The position numbers and the translations under genes are program-made. Source: Epiperipatus broadwayi (lineage: Eukaryota > Animalia > Onychophora). Taken from it: a stretch of DNA of 64,000 bases. Shown here piece by piece: positions 37,510-51,727 of this stretch. Below the pieces are notes generated by a model. That model was not told the DNA's origin, searched no databases, and saw only the letters and a list, made by a program, of their open reading frames with translations. Location: the NCBI GenBank assembly GCA_028023455.1, contig JAQFVV010000002.1, positions 9,734,001 to 9,798,000 of the forward strand. Reading direction: 5' to 3'. The number at the start of each line of letters is the position of its first letter. Within the stretch, counting starts at the first letter, position 1.

Positions 37510-38019
37510 TACTTTATATTGATTATTTTTATTTCTATTATAATATATTGATTTTGTTTTTAATTAATAAAATTCCTTTTGAAACTAAATTAAAAAAAGA
37601 ATTTAAAATAGATTAATTAAATTACTTCTAAAATCTAAATTCCTTCCAAATATTTTAAATCTACCAATTAAATTAAATAAACTAAACATATTTTCACTAA
37701 TAAAGCTATTTAAAATCAATAACTTAATAAGTAAACAAAATCACATGTAGGTAAGTCAACTTTTTATTTAACCTAATATTACAGAATTGGGGTAAAATAT
37801 TATAAAGCCTACCATTCTTTAAAAAATTGAGGAGCCTTTACAGACTATATTTTATTATACATTAAGTAATTTGTTACTATCCCTTTCTGCAAAAGAAAAA
37901 TTATTAAATATTATCTGTCACATACTAAAATAAAAATTAGCTATCTTTCCTACATATGATTTTGGGTACTTATATATTAGTTCTGCTGCCCATATTTGCT
38001 ATGGCAGAATGCTGTATTT

Positions 38020-41000
38020 ACTGATTTTAAATAGATTTATTAGTAAATATGTTTAATTTATTTAATTTAATAAATTTAAATTATTTCTAAGGAATTTTGA
38101 TTTTAGAAGTAATTTTAATTATTCTATTTTAAATTCTTTCTTAAGATGGTTTAGATTAAAACGATAATTTGTTAATAAAAAAATATATTAATAAGTTTAA
38201 TTAGTTATTTAAAAAGTTTATAAAAAGAAATGACAATAAAAGGCTGATGCATCATCTGTTTTAAATTTATCTAATTTTGTTTTGGATAATTCAGATGTAG
38301 CAATTTTAATTAAAAGCTCTTCCCCTGTTCCTTTTAGTAATAGGAATATAGAAGTTAACTTTATTTCTGCTATTGAGAGTTGTAAAATTACTCCAGATAA
38401 TAAAATGTCTACAAGAAATTTTGAATAGGCAATTACTTGAGAGAAAAAATAATTGTTTTTGCCCCAAAGCAAATAGATCTTAAAAAAAGATTCAAGACCA
38501 ATGATGTTACCTTGTTAAAAAAAGACAAAAATGGCCATTTGGCATTATTAAATATTAGTGAATTTAAAAATAAATTTTCTTTTATGATTCATCATTATCA
38601 ACAACAAACATTGTCAATCCACTGCAGGATGAAGGTCTCTCCAAGTTCAATCCATCTCCAATGTTTAGCTTCTCTTCTCCACATCACACCTGCACACTTT
38701 ATTTCATCCATCTATTTCACATGGTCTCTTTCTGGGTCTTTTACAATCTCTTGGAATCCAGTTTAAGATTTCAATTGTCCATTTATTATCATTTCTTCTA
38801 GCAATATGTCCAGCCCAACTCCACTTCAGTCTTATTTTTTTCAATGAGGTCAATAATACCTGTTTGTTCTCTTACCCATATATTGCGTGTTCGATATCTT
38901 CTTGTTACTCTTAAGATGCATTTCTCCATACTTCTTTGAGTGGTCTGAAGTCTCTGTATTGCTCTTCTATTAAGTGTCCAAGTCTCAGATCTATAAGTAA
39001 GAACTGGTAAAACACAATTATTAAAAACCTTTCTTTTCAAATACATAGGCATGTTTCATTTTAGTATCAAGTTATTTCTAACAAAAATATTCCAACCAAG
39101 TTTAAGTCTATGATTAATTTCATCCATTATGTTTCCATCTGTATCTGACCAAGATATTTGTAGCTGTTAACTTCTTCTAACTCATCATAATCAATCTTTA
39201 TTTTCATATTTTGAGAAAATCCATTGATCATTACTTTAGTTTTTTTAACATTTATCTTTAGTCCTACTTTCATCTGATAACTCCTGCAACATTTCCTGCA
39301 GCTGTAAAGCATTATTTGCAAAAACAACTACATCATCTGTAAAATCTAAATGACTTAAATAATCTCCATTTACTTTCACTCCTTTAGCTTCCCATTTTAA
39401 TCCACAAAATACTTCTTGCAGCACTGCTGTAAAAAATTTTGGAGATATGGAGTCACTTACACCTTCTCAATGTTCATTTTCCTAGTATCATTATGTAATC
39501 TAATTGTTGCTTTTGCATTTTTATAAATATTCTTTAAAATATGACAATATCCTAGATCTATACCTTGATGATCCAATGCTTTAATCACTGAAGAAATGTT
39601 AGAGAATCAAATGCTTTTTCATAATCTACAAATCCAAAGCATAATGGCAACTCATATTCATTTGTCCTTTCTATAACTTCTCTCAATAACTGGATATGAT
39701 CTACTGTACTAAAACCTCTTTTAAATCCAGCTTGTTCTCTTGGTTGGTGGAAATCCAATATTCTCTGTAGACGAGTTGTAATTATCTTGGTAAAAATGTT
39801 ATATAAAACTGATAAAAGGCTGAAAGGTCTGTAATTTCTAATATCTTCTTTATCACCTTTTTTAAATATTAATACTGCATTCTTCTTTCAATTTATCAAT
39901 TATAATTCCATAATTAAATAATGGAAAATAAAAAAATTAAACAATGGAAAATAAAAAAAATTTAAGTTTATCAAAAAAAAAAATTTTAAGTTAATAATTG
40001 AAATTATGAGGAAAAAAAATTTTTTTTGATAGAACTACTTATTCAAGTTGTTATCCTAGTGATTATTTGACTCCTAAGGTTTTCTTTAATTTCAAATCTC
40101 ATAAAGATAATTTTCCTTTAAAGGATATTCTTGATTTTGCATGGAGGATTGTTGAAAACATTTCAATATGTCCTATAAGGTTTTTACAGAATTGTATAAA
40201 TTTAGATCAATTCTGTGTATCTTCTTTCGAGGCATTTGATAAAATTAATGGATTTGTTTTAGAGTATAATTGTGTTTTTGGTAGTTTAGATATTGAAAAT
40301 ATGTTTCACTCAGTAGATACAATTAAAAACATTAATGTGTTTATTTCTGTTCTAAAGAAACATGAATATTTTTCTGCAGATAATAAGTTATTCATGATTT
40401 GCTATTGTTATTAGAATTCTCTGTATTTTATACATAACATGCCAATAAACATCACATTTATTTTATACATAAAGATGTGTTTTACAAGATTAAAAAGATG
40501 GGTTATTGGTTATGTTATACTGATTTTTTAGAGTACTGATATTAATCTTTTTTTGTTGTTGTTTCTTTATAATTATTTATTAGGCATGTTGATGATAATT
40601 TGTTTGTTATTCAGGAAAATGTATTGAATTCAGATAGATTGAATGCTTTTGATTCTAAGATTAATTTTACTATTGAGGGGGTATTTTTGAATCTGTTAAG
40701 TTAAAATTTCGATATAAGTATTGATAAAGTTGATACTTTATTTTGCAGTCATTTTATTAAACAAAAAAATTTAAGAAATATAAGGCCAAACAGTTAACAA
40801 CTTTTTACTCATAAGAAAATTTCTTTATTGAATTTTTATTATAGGAATAGAAGGACTAATAATTTTGAAAATAATGATTATATTCAGAAGAGTTAATTTG
40901 CTTCTGACTACATTGATTTAAGTTATAATCATGAGTTTATTAGAAATATATTTAATGAAAATATCTATTAAGTTTGTTAATAATAAAAATTGTTAGTGAA

Positions 41001-41605
41001 AATAAAGAGTTTATTTCTTTGCTATTTAAGCCATCAATTTATAGTGATTTATAAGAATAGTTATTTATTGGATGATATGAAAGTGGCCTGGAAGAAAGGC
41101 CTCAATATAAATTCAAATTAAATCCTACAAAACAATCAATTGATAGCGAATCTATTCCTGGTGTAGATTATAAGATTTTTTATAGTTGTCACAAAATTTA
41201 TTTAAATCAAAGTAAATTAAATCTTAATGTAAGAATTAAAAGTTCATAAGAATAGAGTTAAAAATAAATATCATAACTCACCTATGTATATTCATGAACT
41301 GAATACAGATCATAAAATATTATTTGATAATGGAGAAGTTATTTTTTTATGAAAGAGATTAATTAAAAAGAAGAGTAAAAGAAATTCTAACAATAAATTT
41401 TCTTAAATCTGAAGCCACAAATCTCATGAAGACATCCTTTGATGTTAAAGAAAGTTAGTTTTTAAAATGAATGATAGGAAAGATAGTTTTGAATATATAT
41501 GTTGTATATATGTATCTTGTTGAATTTCACTTGAAAAGATCTATTTGTTAATAAGTGAAATCATGGTTATGAAAGAATTTTAGTAAAATTTTGTTTTTTG
41601 GGCTA
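38020..41605 (+). mobile_element. Penelope-like element copy C, interrupted by an RTE
   Basis: ORF 40067-40414 (LDIENMFHSV), RHVDD at about 40582-40596, GIY-YIG at about 41160-41400, and a 3' tail matching 31765-31990. Confidence 0.8.
38587..39895 (-). mobile_element. 5'-truncated RTE LINE inserted in PLE copy C
   Basis: RKVFNNCVLPVLTYRSETW, HLDFTDDVV, GFVDYEKAFDS and QPREQAGF, with 3' end ...TFILQWID plus a (TGA/TGT)-rich tail. Confidence 0.9.
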
Positions 41606-44600
41606 CTATTTGCTATCCAAAAGAAAAAAAAACACATTGTAAATAATAATAAAAATGTAACAACAAAAAATAAAGGCTTTAACTTGAAATTTAACAAATT
41701 TTATGAATATTATGGTATGTTATCAGGCATTATTTTGCCTTGCAATATTTTCAGTAAATCTGAAGCAATTTCATTAACTGCACTTTCTTCATGTTAAATA
41801 CAATGAAACCAAACACATTTTTTCTTGCAAAAAATTGATATAGTACAATATTTTGTTTGATAAAGTGTTTTTCTAATGAAATTTTAAAAAATTCATACTT
41901 TCCTTAATTAGCAGTAAAATAAAAAGTTGTGAATTTATGGTTAAAGTAAAAAATCATGTTCAGAAGAGGATAAATATTTGATGAAAAGATAAAAGCATAT
42001 TAGCAATAGTTGTTTGCATTTTTCAAATGATTAAAGTTATAACTATGTTAAAAAATAATTTTCATTAGCTTTATTTAATTTACTCTGCTTTTTAGTCTGC
42101 CTAACTAGCTAAAATCGTATAATTCAATTTTCACTCTTTTCCCAGTTTTCCATCTAATTAAAATTTTGCATATGTATGTATTCCCAATGATAATACTTTT
42201 TTTTTGAATTTGCAGATAATTTTAGCAAAAAATTAATTTTATGTAGAATTGATTTTAAGTGTATACAATTTCATTCAACTTTTTTTTAAAAAAATAAGTG
42301 TTTTAATTCACATAAACGAACTAAAACATAAATTTTCTTCAGTTTTTACAGTATTATATGACCAAAAATAAAAGCAAGGAGTGCACATTTTTAGAAATAT
42401 TCTTAATCATACATTACATAAATAGAAATCAATTTTTTTTTTTTTCAAAATATATACTGCAACAGTCACTCTACCTTTGATCACAGAGGGTTCTACCAGG
42501 TTACTGTGTACCTGGAAAATTTGTTTACTATGATGAAAAGTTGATGGTGGTGATGATTTGCCCAAACCAGATCCAGACAGAGCAAGAGCTCGATAATATT
42601 GTTCAGACAATTGAGAAAATAAAACTAGGACAAACGTTAGCTGATATAATTCTAAAATTTATTAAGTTGATATTAATAATTTTAGTTTATTAAAATCATA
42701 AATCAAAGTACAAAAGTTTAACCTAAATTTCTAGCGAAACATATATGAGAGAAAAAAAAATAACAAACATCCCGGTTCTCATAGGATTTCTTAAAGGGAG
42801 AAATAACTTTATGGCTGACCATTCACAAAAAAAAATAAACAAATGACAATTTGTTTGTTTAAAAAGATTTTCTAAAATACAAAAAAAAAAATTGGCTTGT
42901 AAAGAATCAACGAATCAGCGTGGATGGGCACACTCTAGTATATTGAAACTAGAGCATCATTTGTCTGCAGGACAGCTCATGGATAATTACGTTACGTTTA
43001 AAATTACCAAGATTGATACATTTACAAGAAGGGCAAATATAAAGAGAAGATATACAGCATACGTAATTTTAAAAAGAAATCTAAATCCCCGATTTCAGTA
43101 AAACCAGGACTATCCAATCGAGCAATCGTCAGCCAAATGATGGCGATTTACTAAGCTACAATAAATTAATCAAAAATGTCTCAAAAGGGTACAGGTAAGT
43201 AATAAGAAAATTATTAATATCTGCCAAGTTACTATCACGATTGTAAATTACACAAAAGCTAACAAAAAAAATTGTCGATACAGGCTCCGCAACATAATAA
43301 AAGAATACTTCAAAATTACAAAATATAGCATTAAAAAGATAATATATTTCACACACAAATAGCTAAAAAAATATTTAAATGATTGTGATACGATATAAAT
43401 TTATACAAATGTTTACTTTAGATTGAGTGGAGATTTTACTAGAGATTAGAATTAACCCTGGCAAGCATATAAACGAAATTACCTAGCTGTTGAACAGTTC
43501 AATGAGTACTCAGTTGGTTGCAGGTAATATTAATAATGGCGAAATCTTCAAACGATTTGTTCTTTAAATGGCAGCGAGTGTGAAAACAAATTTTGACACA
43601 GTTTGAGTTTAGGCTTTATAGCATAATGGAAAGAACAGCAAGAAGGTCAGGATCGTCTTAGGTTGCTTTAGCATGGCCAACTGAAATTTTGCATACCCAT
43701 GGTGTAGAATTTGACCACCTGATGAGAAAACATTATTAATTCAGACAGCTAATTTTGAGAATTCTGTGGGTAGTCTAACAATAGGGTTACGTATATAAAT
43801 TTCTGATGGCCGGTCCAGAAAACTAACAGCAATATGTTAAAATCAATTGTAGAAGCAAATATGAAATTTATTCAAAGAATATTAATTAATCCATTAAATG
43901 GAATCGGCTGTGTTATATTCTTCTGCAAACTAGCCTAGGTCAAGTTGACCAAGACAAATCACAAATCCAGAGAATAATCAATCTGAAATTCTGACCAAGA
44001 ATCATAAGTTCTAAACTCAGGGCTATTTATACAACTTTCTTATCTCCCGCGTAAATTTTGTTTTCCATCTTGTAATTAAGTAAACGGTATATGCCCAGGG
44101 CTAATTTAATACCAGGCTCAATCTAATTAAAATCTCACCAGGGTCTTAACTTATTAAAAACAAAATTAATTAATATACAATTAGATCTCCGCTCTTTTTA
44201 GATAAATGAAAATAGATTTATAATTACTAAGAAGGGAAACAGCTTTCAATTAATATAAAAAAAAACTTACATTATAAGTTTTATAAAATTGACTTAAAAT
44301 ATTTTATTTTTACAAAACAATTCTTGAAAAAATAAGTGTGTGCTGAAATTAAAACTTATATATTTTTATTATATAAAGAATAAAAGACAAATTTTTAAAA
44401 TAACTATAAAACTCGTGATCGGACTTGTTGAAGCAGATAGTATCCGGTTCAATATATAATTTCTATTTATATCAATTATAACTAAGAATATTTTTATGCA
44501 AATATACCATATGTATTTATTATTTTTGGTAGCATAATATCAAGAATACTGTGAAAGCTGAAGAAAATTTATTTTTTATATTTATTTTTGATAAGATCTT

Positions 44601-45799
44601 AAATTTATGCATAGAAGATATAAACGGATAAAATGTTTCTAGTAGACATACTGCATCAGAAAAAAATTAAGTTTGAATCTTCATTGTTCATTTTATCAAA
44701 AAATAAATAAAGATAAGTACAGAAAGTTTTTTATTTTTTGAATGAATGTGGATGATTGAATACAGACATTAAATACGTGATCTCTAATGCCTTTTATTAC
44801 ATTTTACTAAATACATAAAAAAATTGTCTATACATATTTAAAAAGTACTGCACTCCTTCAATAAAGTTAACAATAGGTATTATAAACAAAACAAATAAAT
44901 TGATCTGCTACATATAATGTACAAGAGAAATTTGCAATGAAATAGAGCAAATACTGTGACCTAAAAATATATATTTATTTTTCAAAAAATGACTGAAATA
45001 CAAATTTCATTTTCTTAATAACCTGTTAAGTGTAATCTTAAATTTCCAAAGATTAAATAAAACAAATAAAGGCATCCTTTCCCAAGATGATCTTGTCTAA
45101 AATAATCACTAGATCACTGGTTCCCAAGTTATGGGTCTCAGCTCCCATCCTTCCCACAAGAATAACAGCGTTATCTGGAGAGTTGCTATGCAATTATTTT
45201 TATAAAAAATTTTCAACATTTATTTATCAATATGGCTATCCTGCAGTTGATATTGTAACAATATTTTTCATATAAATGAAAGAAATTTAAAATCTGCAAT
45301 GACAAATATTTAAAAAATATTAAAAGCCCACAACTGCATTAATATATATTAAACATTTTAAATTAATTTAATTATTTGCTATGGCAAGCTTTCTTTTTTT
45401 TTTAAATATCAACTGTATATAATATGCCCCCAAAATATTATTGAACATTGTATGTAGATGAAAAATAAATATTTTTCAAAGCCTAAAGTGATTGATGATG
45501 ACAATACTACATAATTGCAATAAAATAAGCCATACTAAAAACTGAAATTAATAAAAGTTGCAGAAAAACAAAATTATCAAATTGCTTATAATAAAAATTA
45601 AATTAGAAAAATATAATTTTTAAAAATTAACTTTTTGATATGTAAGTTTTATGTGGGAAAATTCTATTTCTTTATCCTATTAAAAATGTCTTTCTATAGA
45701 AAGGTAGCAAAGAAGGGGGATCATAAGTTACTTCACTATTATAGAAGGGATTCATGACTCAAAAGCTAGGCAAACATTACTGTAGATAATGAATAGGCT

Positions 45800-46450
45800 T
45801 AACTATCCTACAATTAATTTGTAGTTAAAATATATGGATGTGCATCTACAGATATTATATAAGTATGATTTGCGCTAAAAACGCATAAACACGCAAGCTG
45901 ACTTTTTTAAAATTCTTTATATATTAAAACAATAATGCAAGGGACACAACCCTCATAGTCATAGCCATATTGTAACTAACAAAATTAGTAATGCAAATGA
46001 GTTTATGTATTCCATTTCTTTGATATATTGTAGCATGTGTCTTCTGTTGATGGTGTGATTGTGCCTAGCAATAAAGTAAGCCTTTTTGACCTTTCTTCTT
46101 AAGTCGTGGCGTTCCCTACAAACAACCACAGGGTCAATTGGTTCGCAATCGTGCCCTGCTAAGATGCAATGCTGGGCGAAAACTGAATTATAAGTTCGGT
46201 CTGTTAGTGCTTTGTTATACAAATATATATGTTGAGACAGCCGTATAGATAGAGAGGCTCTGGTTTCATCAATGTATAAGGCCTGACAATTTACCACAGG
46301 GCAGGCAATATTGTACACTACTTAAGGTGCCTGCGAGGGTAGTAATCTGTCCTTGATGTTATTGATTAACATGTTGGAGATGGGTGGTGTAAAAGATCGT
46401 TTATATTCTTTATTCTTCTAAACCGATATTCCTAAAGTGTTTAAATATTT
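45800..46450 (-). mobile_element. 3' part of another Penelope-like element (GIY-YIG with CCHH-type residues)
   Basis: ORF 45959-46318 reads VYNIACPVVNCQALYIDET...RLSQH...FAQHCILAGH...RKVKKAYFI...INR. Confidence 0.8.
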
Positions 46451-48559
46451 TCTCTTTTCTTAATCATTCCAGAAACTATATTCCAGGTAAAGATCCAAAC
46501 AAAACATTTAACAAAACTTTTTAATTGAATTTAATTTTAACAAGACAATTGCTAAAATATCCTTTGTAACCATATTAATTTTCATCTTAATTTCTTTATC
46601 ATTTTAATTAGTTTCTCAAATATATTTAAAAGTACTAACATACTATATAAATTCCTATCCAACTAATAAATAAGTATAAAAACTATGGCATAGAAATATA
46701 TTAAATACAAAATACTGTATTTTGGAGATAACCTTGAAAATAGTAAATATAACTGGAAGGCATTTCCATCAGAGTATCTTTGTCAAAGAAAAGATATATT
46801 GTGACCTTCAAGAGCTACAACGTTGGATGTCAAAACCTACTAATCCAACTGTGATCTTACAAGTAAGGAGAGAGAGCGAAATCACACTTGCCAGCACCAT
46901 AATGACTATGGTCCTTTTATAGAGAAAATATAAACACAAATAATAAAATCACAGATTCTTATTAAATTTTATCTAAGGTCTTTTATTGAAACCTAAACAC
47001 TTGAACACCATTAAAAGCAATAACCATTTAAGTTCTTATACACTAAATATTTTATCTTCTTACAGTTCTGTAATCTTATATCTTATGTTCCAAAATGAAT
47101 GAAAAAGTGAAAATATAAAATACATAAGTATCTGAATACTTTAGATAACCATCTGGCTAACAAATAAAATACTCTGTATTTGAATTTCTTCTCATATGAA
47201 TATTCATCTTCACACAAGCTATAGATGCATCTTATTACAATATTTTCATGTATGAACTTGTAACCAAGCAATGAAAATTAAAACAATTCAGCAGGTAGAA
47301 AAAGTTATTTTATGCTACCCACTACATTATTAAGCACACTTGTAATAAAGATAAATCAACATAATATTTATTTTGAAAAAATGCAGGTGTTAAATAACTG
47401 ATAAAGTGAATAAGCAAGTTTAATGTGACTTTTGAAATAATACTTAATAACTTTATTAAATTGGATTTCTGGATAAGTTGACGTGGTAATGACAACTAAC
47501 ACATAAACATATTTAATGAATAATAAAATATTTATTTACAATAGAACAACAATATTTTAATAAAATAAAAGTATTTTATACAACAGGCAGTAAACCTAAT
47601 ATTACAAATTATAGATGATATATACATTTATCTAATTTAAAATGAAATATATCTCCTTTTAAATAAATTCCTGTAAAATTATAATTACGACATTTACATT
47701 ATATTTAAGAAGTTTCACTTTTATTTAAGATCCTAACCATTTAGCAATTACATACACAGAATATCAGATATATATATACCTATAAACAGATCACTATAAA
47801 GATATTAAAACTACAATATCAGTGACATTTAAAAATCAGTGTGGAAATATAATTCTAGTGATATTGCAAAGCTAGCTTGTTATAACACAAAATAATTATA
47901 TAGCTCTAAATTTATTAATGCATATAAGAAGCAGCATAATAAAAGAGCTCAATCCTAACAATAAACTAACATCTCTAAAAGAAAATTGTAGTAGAGTTAG
48001 CAAAAACAATTGCATAGATGGCCATGCCTTAAATATTCTCACATATTAAAAAATACATATTACTAACATAAAGCTAAAGACAAAATAGATGGTGATAAAT
48101 AGATAAATGGGCACCCGGTTATTCGACCTGGCAGTGCCAAAGCAAATAAATCACATTTTCTCATGGAAGGGCTTAACAAATACACTAGTAATAGAAACCT
48201 CCACCTAAATGCCAAAATTGATACCTGTCATCAAGTAGCATATCAATTAAAAAATGAACAAGGCAAGAATTTGTAAATAATAAATGGAAAGATAATTCGC
48301 ACACATATTCATATGGACAATAATACATATACTTGGTCTAAAGATATAATGCAAACCAACACACTATAATTGCAAAGCAATATCAAATATTAAGAATTTT
48401 AAAATCATCTCAACTCACACACCAACTTCCAAAACAGTCCATTCATCCACATATCAAATATATAAAAGCTGTTTTACCCTGTGCACAGTAATACATTTTT
48501 TATATTAGAATATAAATTCCAAGAACTTTTAATAGTTTATAATTGAAAAAGATTTTACC

Positions 48560-48760
48560 ATCCCAATTTAACATAATACACCACATATAATAATAATAAT
48601 TAGAACTGCATAATAATATAATTATGTTAATACAATAATAAACATATCAATTTCATAAAACAATAAATATACCTTATAATACACCATATATAATAATTAG
48701 GACTGCATAATAATATAATTATAATACAATATTAATAATAAACATAGTAAAACAATAAAT
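48560..48760. repeat. Tandem duplication, about 100-bp unit x2
   Basis: ATAATACACCA(C/T)ATATAATAAT...GACTGCATAATAATATAATTAT...AAACAATAAATATAC is repeated. Confidence 0.75.
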
Positions 48761-50099
48761 ATACATTACACTTGTTTTACCCCATTTAAATAAGTTGAGG
48801 GTTGAAAGTTCTTTCATCTAAATAAAATGAAAATAACTCTTAACTTAAAAGTCCTTGTATTCCATTCAGAAAAATATAGCAGTTTTTATTACTGAAAGAA
48901 AACAAATGAATGAACAAACATTTCAGAGCAGGAGTTTCTTGAAAAACAATGACCACAATTTTAATTTTTAAATGAAGAACAGCAAGCAAGTACAGAAAAA
49001 TTAAAAATAAACAGGTAGCAAACAGTTCCATAATAAAAGTTGAATCATTATTTTGGCAATATTAAGCCATGAAGGAAATTCAAATTATTTATTTATTTCT
49101 GCAGAATAAAATATACTTTCAATAAATGACTGTGTTCAAATACCCTATATTTACAATTAAGCTCCGGGTATATGAAGAATGCCTGTATTTCAAATATTTC
49201 AATAAATGAATTATTCATATATCAAATTATTATCTTATTTGTATTGGCAGTAATACGGATATATAAAGTCTTTTCCAAAATATTAAGAAAATCAATTCGG
49301 ATGTCTTCCTTTAACATAATTAGATAAAGAAATTTAAAATGACTATATTTCATTATCCTTTAAATTAGTGATAGCTTGTTAATTAAAGATATAATTTTCA
49401 AAAATAGTTCCTGGTACAATAATAATATAATAATAATAACTGTATTTCAGTCATAAAATTGTCAGCATATAAATTTCTTCTTAACTGAATATGATTAAAG
49501 CAGTTCAAACAAATCCATTATAGCCTAAAACTACAGCACATTATCTGCTGATAAATCATTATTTCTATAGCCAGACTTTATCACAAGAGTAAAAGGCAGA
49601 TAAGATAATTGTTACTTTGAAAGGTAATATAAAGTTGTCTCTGAAAAATAAATAACTGAAATAAAATTTAATCTAAGTTAGATAAATTCTGTTAAACACT
49701 TGTAATTAAAATGTGAACAAAACTCATAATAATTATTTAAATCAAAGTCTTGGCACTAGTAACTCACTATAAATTAGTTTATTCTAGAGTCATTAAATTT
49801 TCATTAAATGTTAGTACTAAGTAGATCCCCACAATAGTTTCTGGATATAGATTTTTCATTAATGAGAAGCATTGATTGCACTTATCCATTCTACAGCTAT
49901 CTTTACTTCTATTATGCTATTAAAGTTACTGACTTGAGATTCTGAATGAAACCAATCTCTTCATCCATCTCAAAAATCAGAGTTTATTTTAGTTACCTCA
50001 ATACTAACAGTAGGAAGTTTCACTTAAAGAAATAATGGTACATATCAAAATAGCTTACAATTAAAATCTGCATTGATAGTAATCCACTATATATTATTC

Positions 50100-50800
50100 T
50101 GCTCTAGAGCTATCTACGTCATTAACATTAATATCCATTTGCAAATGTGTATGGATTCTCCAATTACATGAGATAAAAAGATAATCAGAAAAATAATAAT
50201 ACAAGAGAATTTTGTAATGATTACACGTAGTATTTTTTAACTTCAGGAGTTAACTTTACTTTTTGAAATTCTTTGATGTTTCCTAAATGTAGTTCTTTCC
50301 CTTGTAGTCTACTTTCTGTTATATCTTCTCGATGAAATTAATAAATATTGCACTTCTTTAGAGATTCTTTAAATGAAATGTAATCTTTATAATGTAAATA
50401 AAATGTCTTTTCTATGAAATCTATGCTCAAATTCACTATAAAATAGTTTTTTGTTAGTCTACTATCATGATTCATTTTACACACACCATTCAATTAAGAT
50501 ATGATTTTATACTAATATTCTTTTAGTCTATGATATCATAGCCAACTTTCAAAAAAATATCAATAGGTATTTTGAATTCGTCATATTTTTATAAACGTTA
50601 CACAGAAGTCTTAAGAAATTTTTTCTAATACTATTATTATTTTGATGAGAGGTCTAAGTCTCTCATACAATAAATTGGGCAAAATAGCAGCTCTATATAC
50701 AACTAATATAGTTGCAGAAATTATGAAGATGCACCATATTGGAATTTGTGAAATTGGCCGCATTTAATGAACAACAAATGATAGTGTAAACCAAATCTCT
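50100..50800 (-). mobile_element. Decayed RTE (BovB-like) 3' fragment
   Basis: VYRAAILPNLLYE and DSRL..YF match the RTE C-terminal motif VYRAVVLPTLLYG...DSRLPK. Confidence 0.5.
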
Positions 50801-51727
50801 AAACAATTTTATAATTAGCCTAGATCAGATCAAAAGTGCCTAAATGTTACCACTAAAATATAGATCATTTAAAGTTGTAAATAAATATAGCTGGACAAGT
50901 AAGCTGGCTTGAATTCAAAATCTTTTTATGTTTAAATATGTGCAAACCAATGATTTTCACTAGTGAAAGGCCAATAACCTGAAACTAACTTTGAAACTGA
51001 TAGGCATATAAGTTGCAAAGTGATTACTTATGAATGACTAGATGATAGGATGAAAAGTCGATTATTATTATGTATTTCTTTTTAAGGATGCAAAGGTTTT
51101 TATGGTTACAAAAAAAAATCTGCAAATTATTCATAGTTGCAGTATAATTAATTACGCACTCATTAAATTAATTTCTTTAAATCATGACTTATTTAAAAAA
51201 TCTTCTAAGCGATCGCGTATATCAACAATACTTCTTAAGAATTTAAGTTTTACTATACTGTATATATATTGCAATTTTAATTTAAAAAATAATTTTACTC
51301 GAATTTTAATGAATTCTTAAAATTAGATCACCAATCAACTCCTTCCCTAGATATGAAACATGTATGACTAGATATATATCAACAAAATCATTACAGAAGT
51401 GTATATTTAATACAGAATTGACATTCTAACGTAATAGTAAACTGATTTTTTTTTAAAAACTAATTATATTATTAACAATTTATTTTTTTAGAATCAAAAA
51501 ACATAACAAACAAAAAAAAGCAATAAGCAAAATTAAACAAGTAAATAATACCATGCAATGATAACAGCAAGCAAATATTTACTTAAAACAATTTAAAATT
51601 TCACAATTTTCAAATTACGATAATTATAATATTTTATCTATATAAAAATCTGATACAAAAAAAATATATTGCATGTTCAATAACTATCAATTAAAATCAC
51701 ACAACGTTCTTACAAGATAAGGCTTAC

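Larger units (their letters stand above)
30880..51727 (-). other. Intron 1 of the SR/RRM gene (20,848 bp, GT-AG), filled with TEs
   Basis: Defined by the canonical donor after exon 1, the acceptor before exon 2 and matching phase. Confidence 0.85.

Noticed and set aside
42407-42610. LSGSGLGKSS as a Walker A motif
   Set aside because: The spacing does not fit [AG]x4GK[ST] and there is no Walker B or helicase context.
43719-43735. CTGATGAGAAAAC as a hammerhead core
   Set aside because: CUGAUGA runs straight into GAAA with no stem II, and I found no flanking stem I pairing.
45110-45200. RCYSCGKDG on the minus strand as the SRSF7 zinc knuckle
   Set aside because: It lies upstream of exon 2 (wrong order), is flanked by stops, and lacks the His and final Cys.
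47950-48480. L1/Tx1 C-terminal zinc-finger remnant
   Set aside because: Only two loose motifs across stops and the cysteines are missing.
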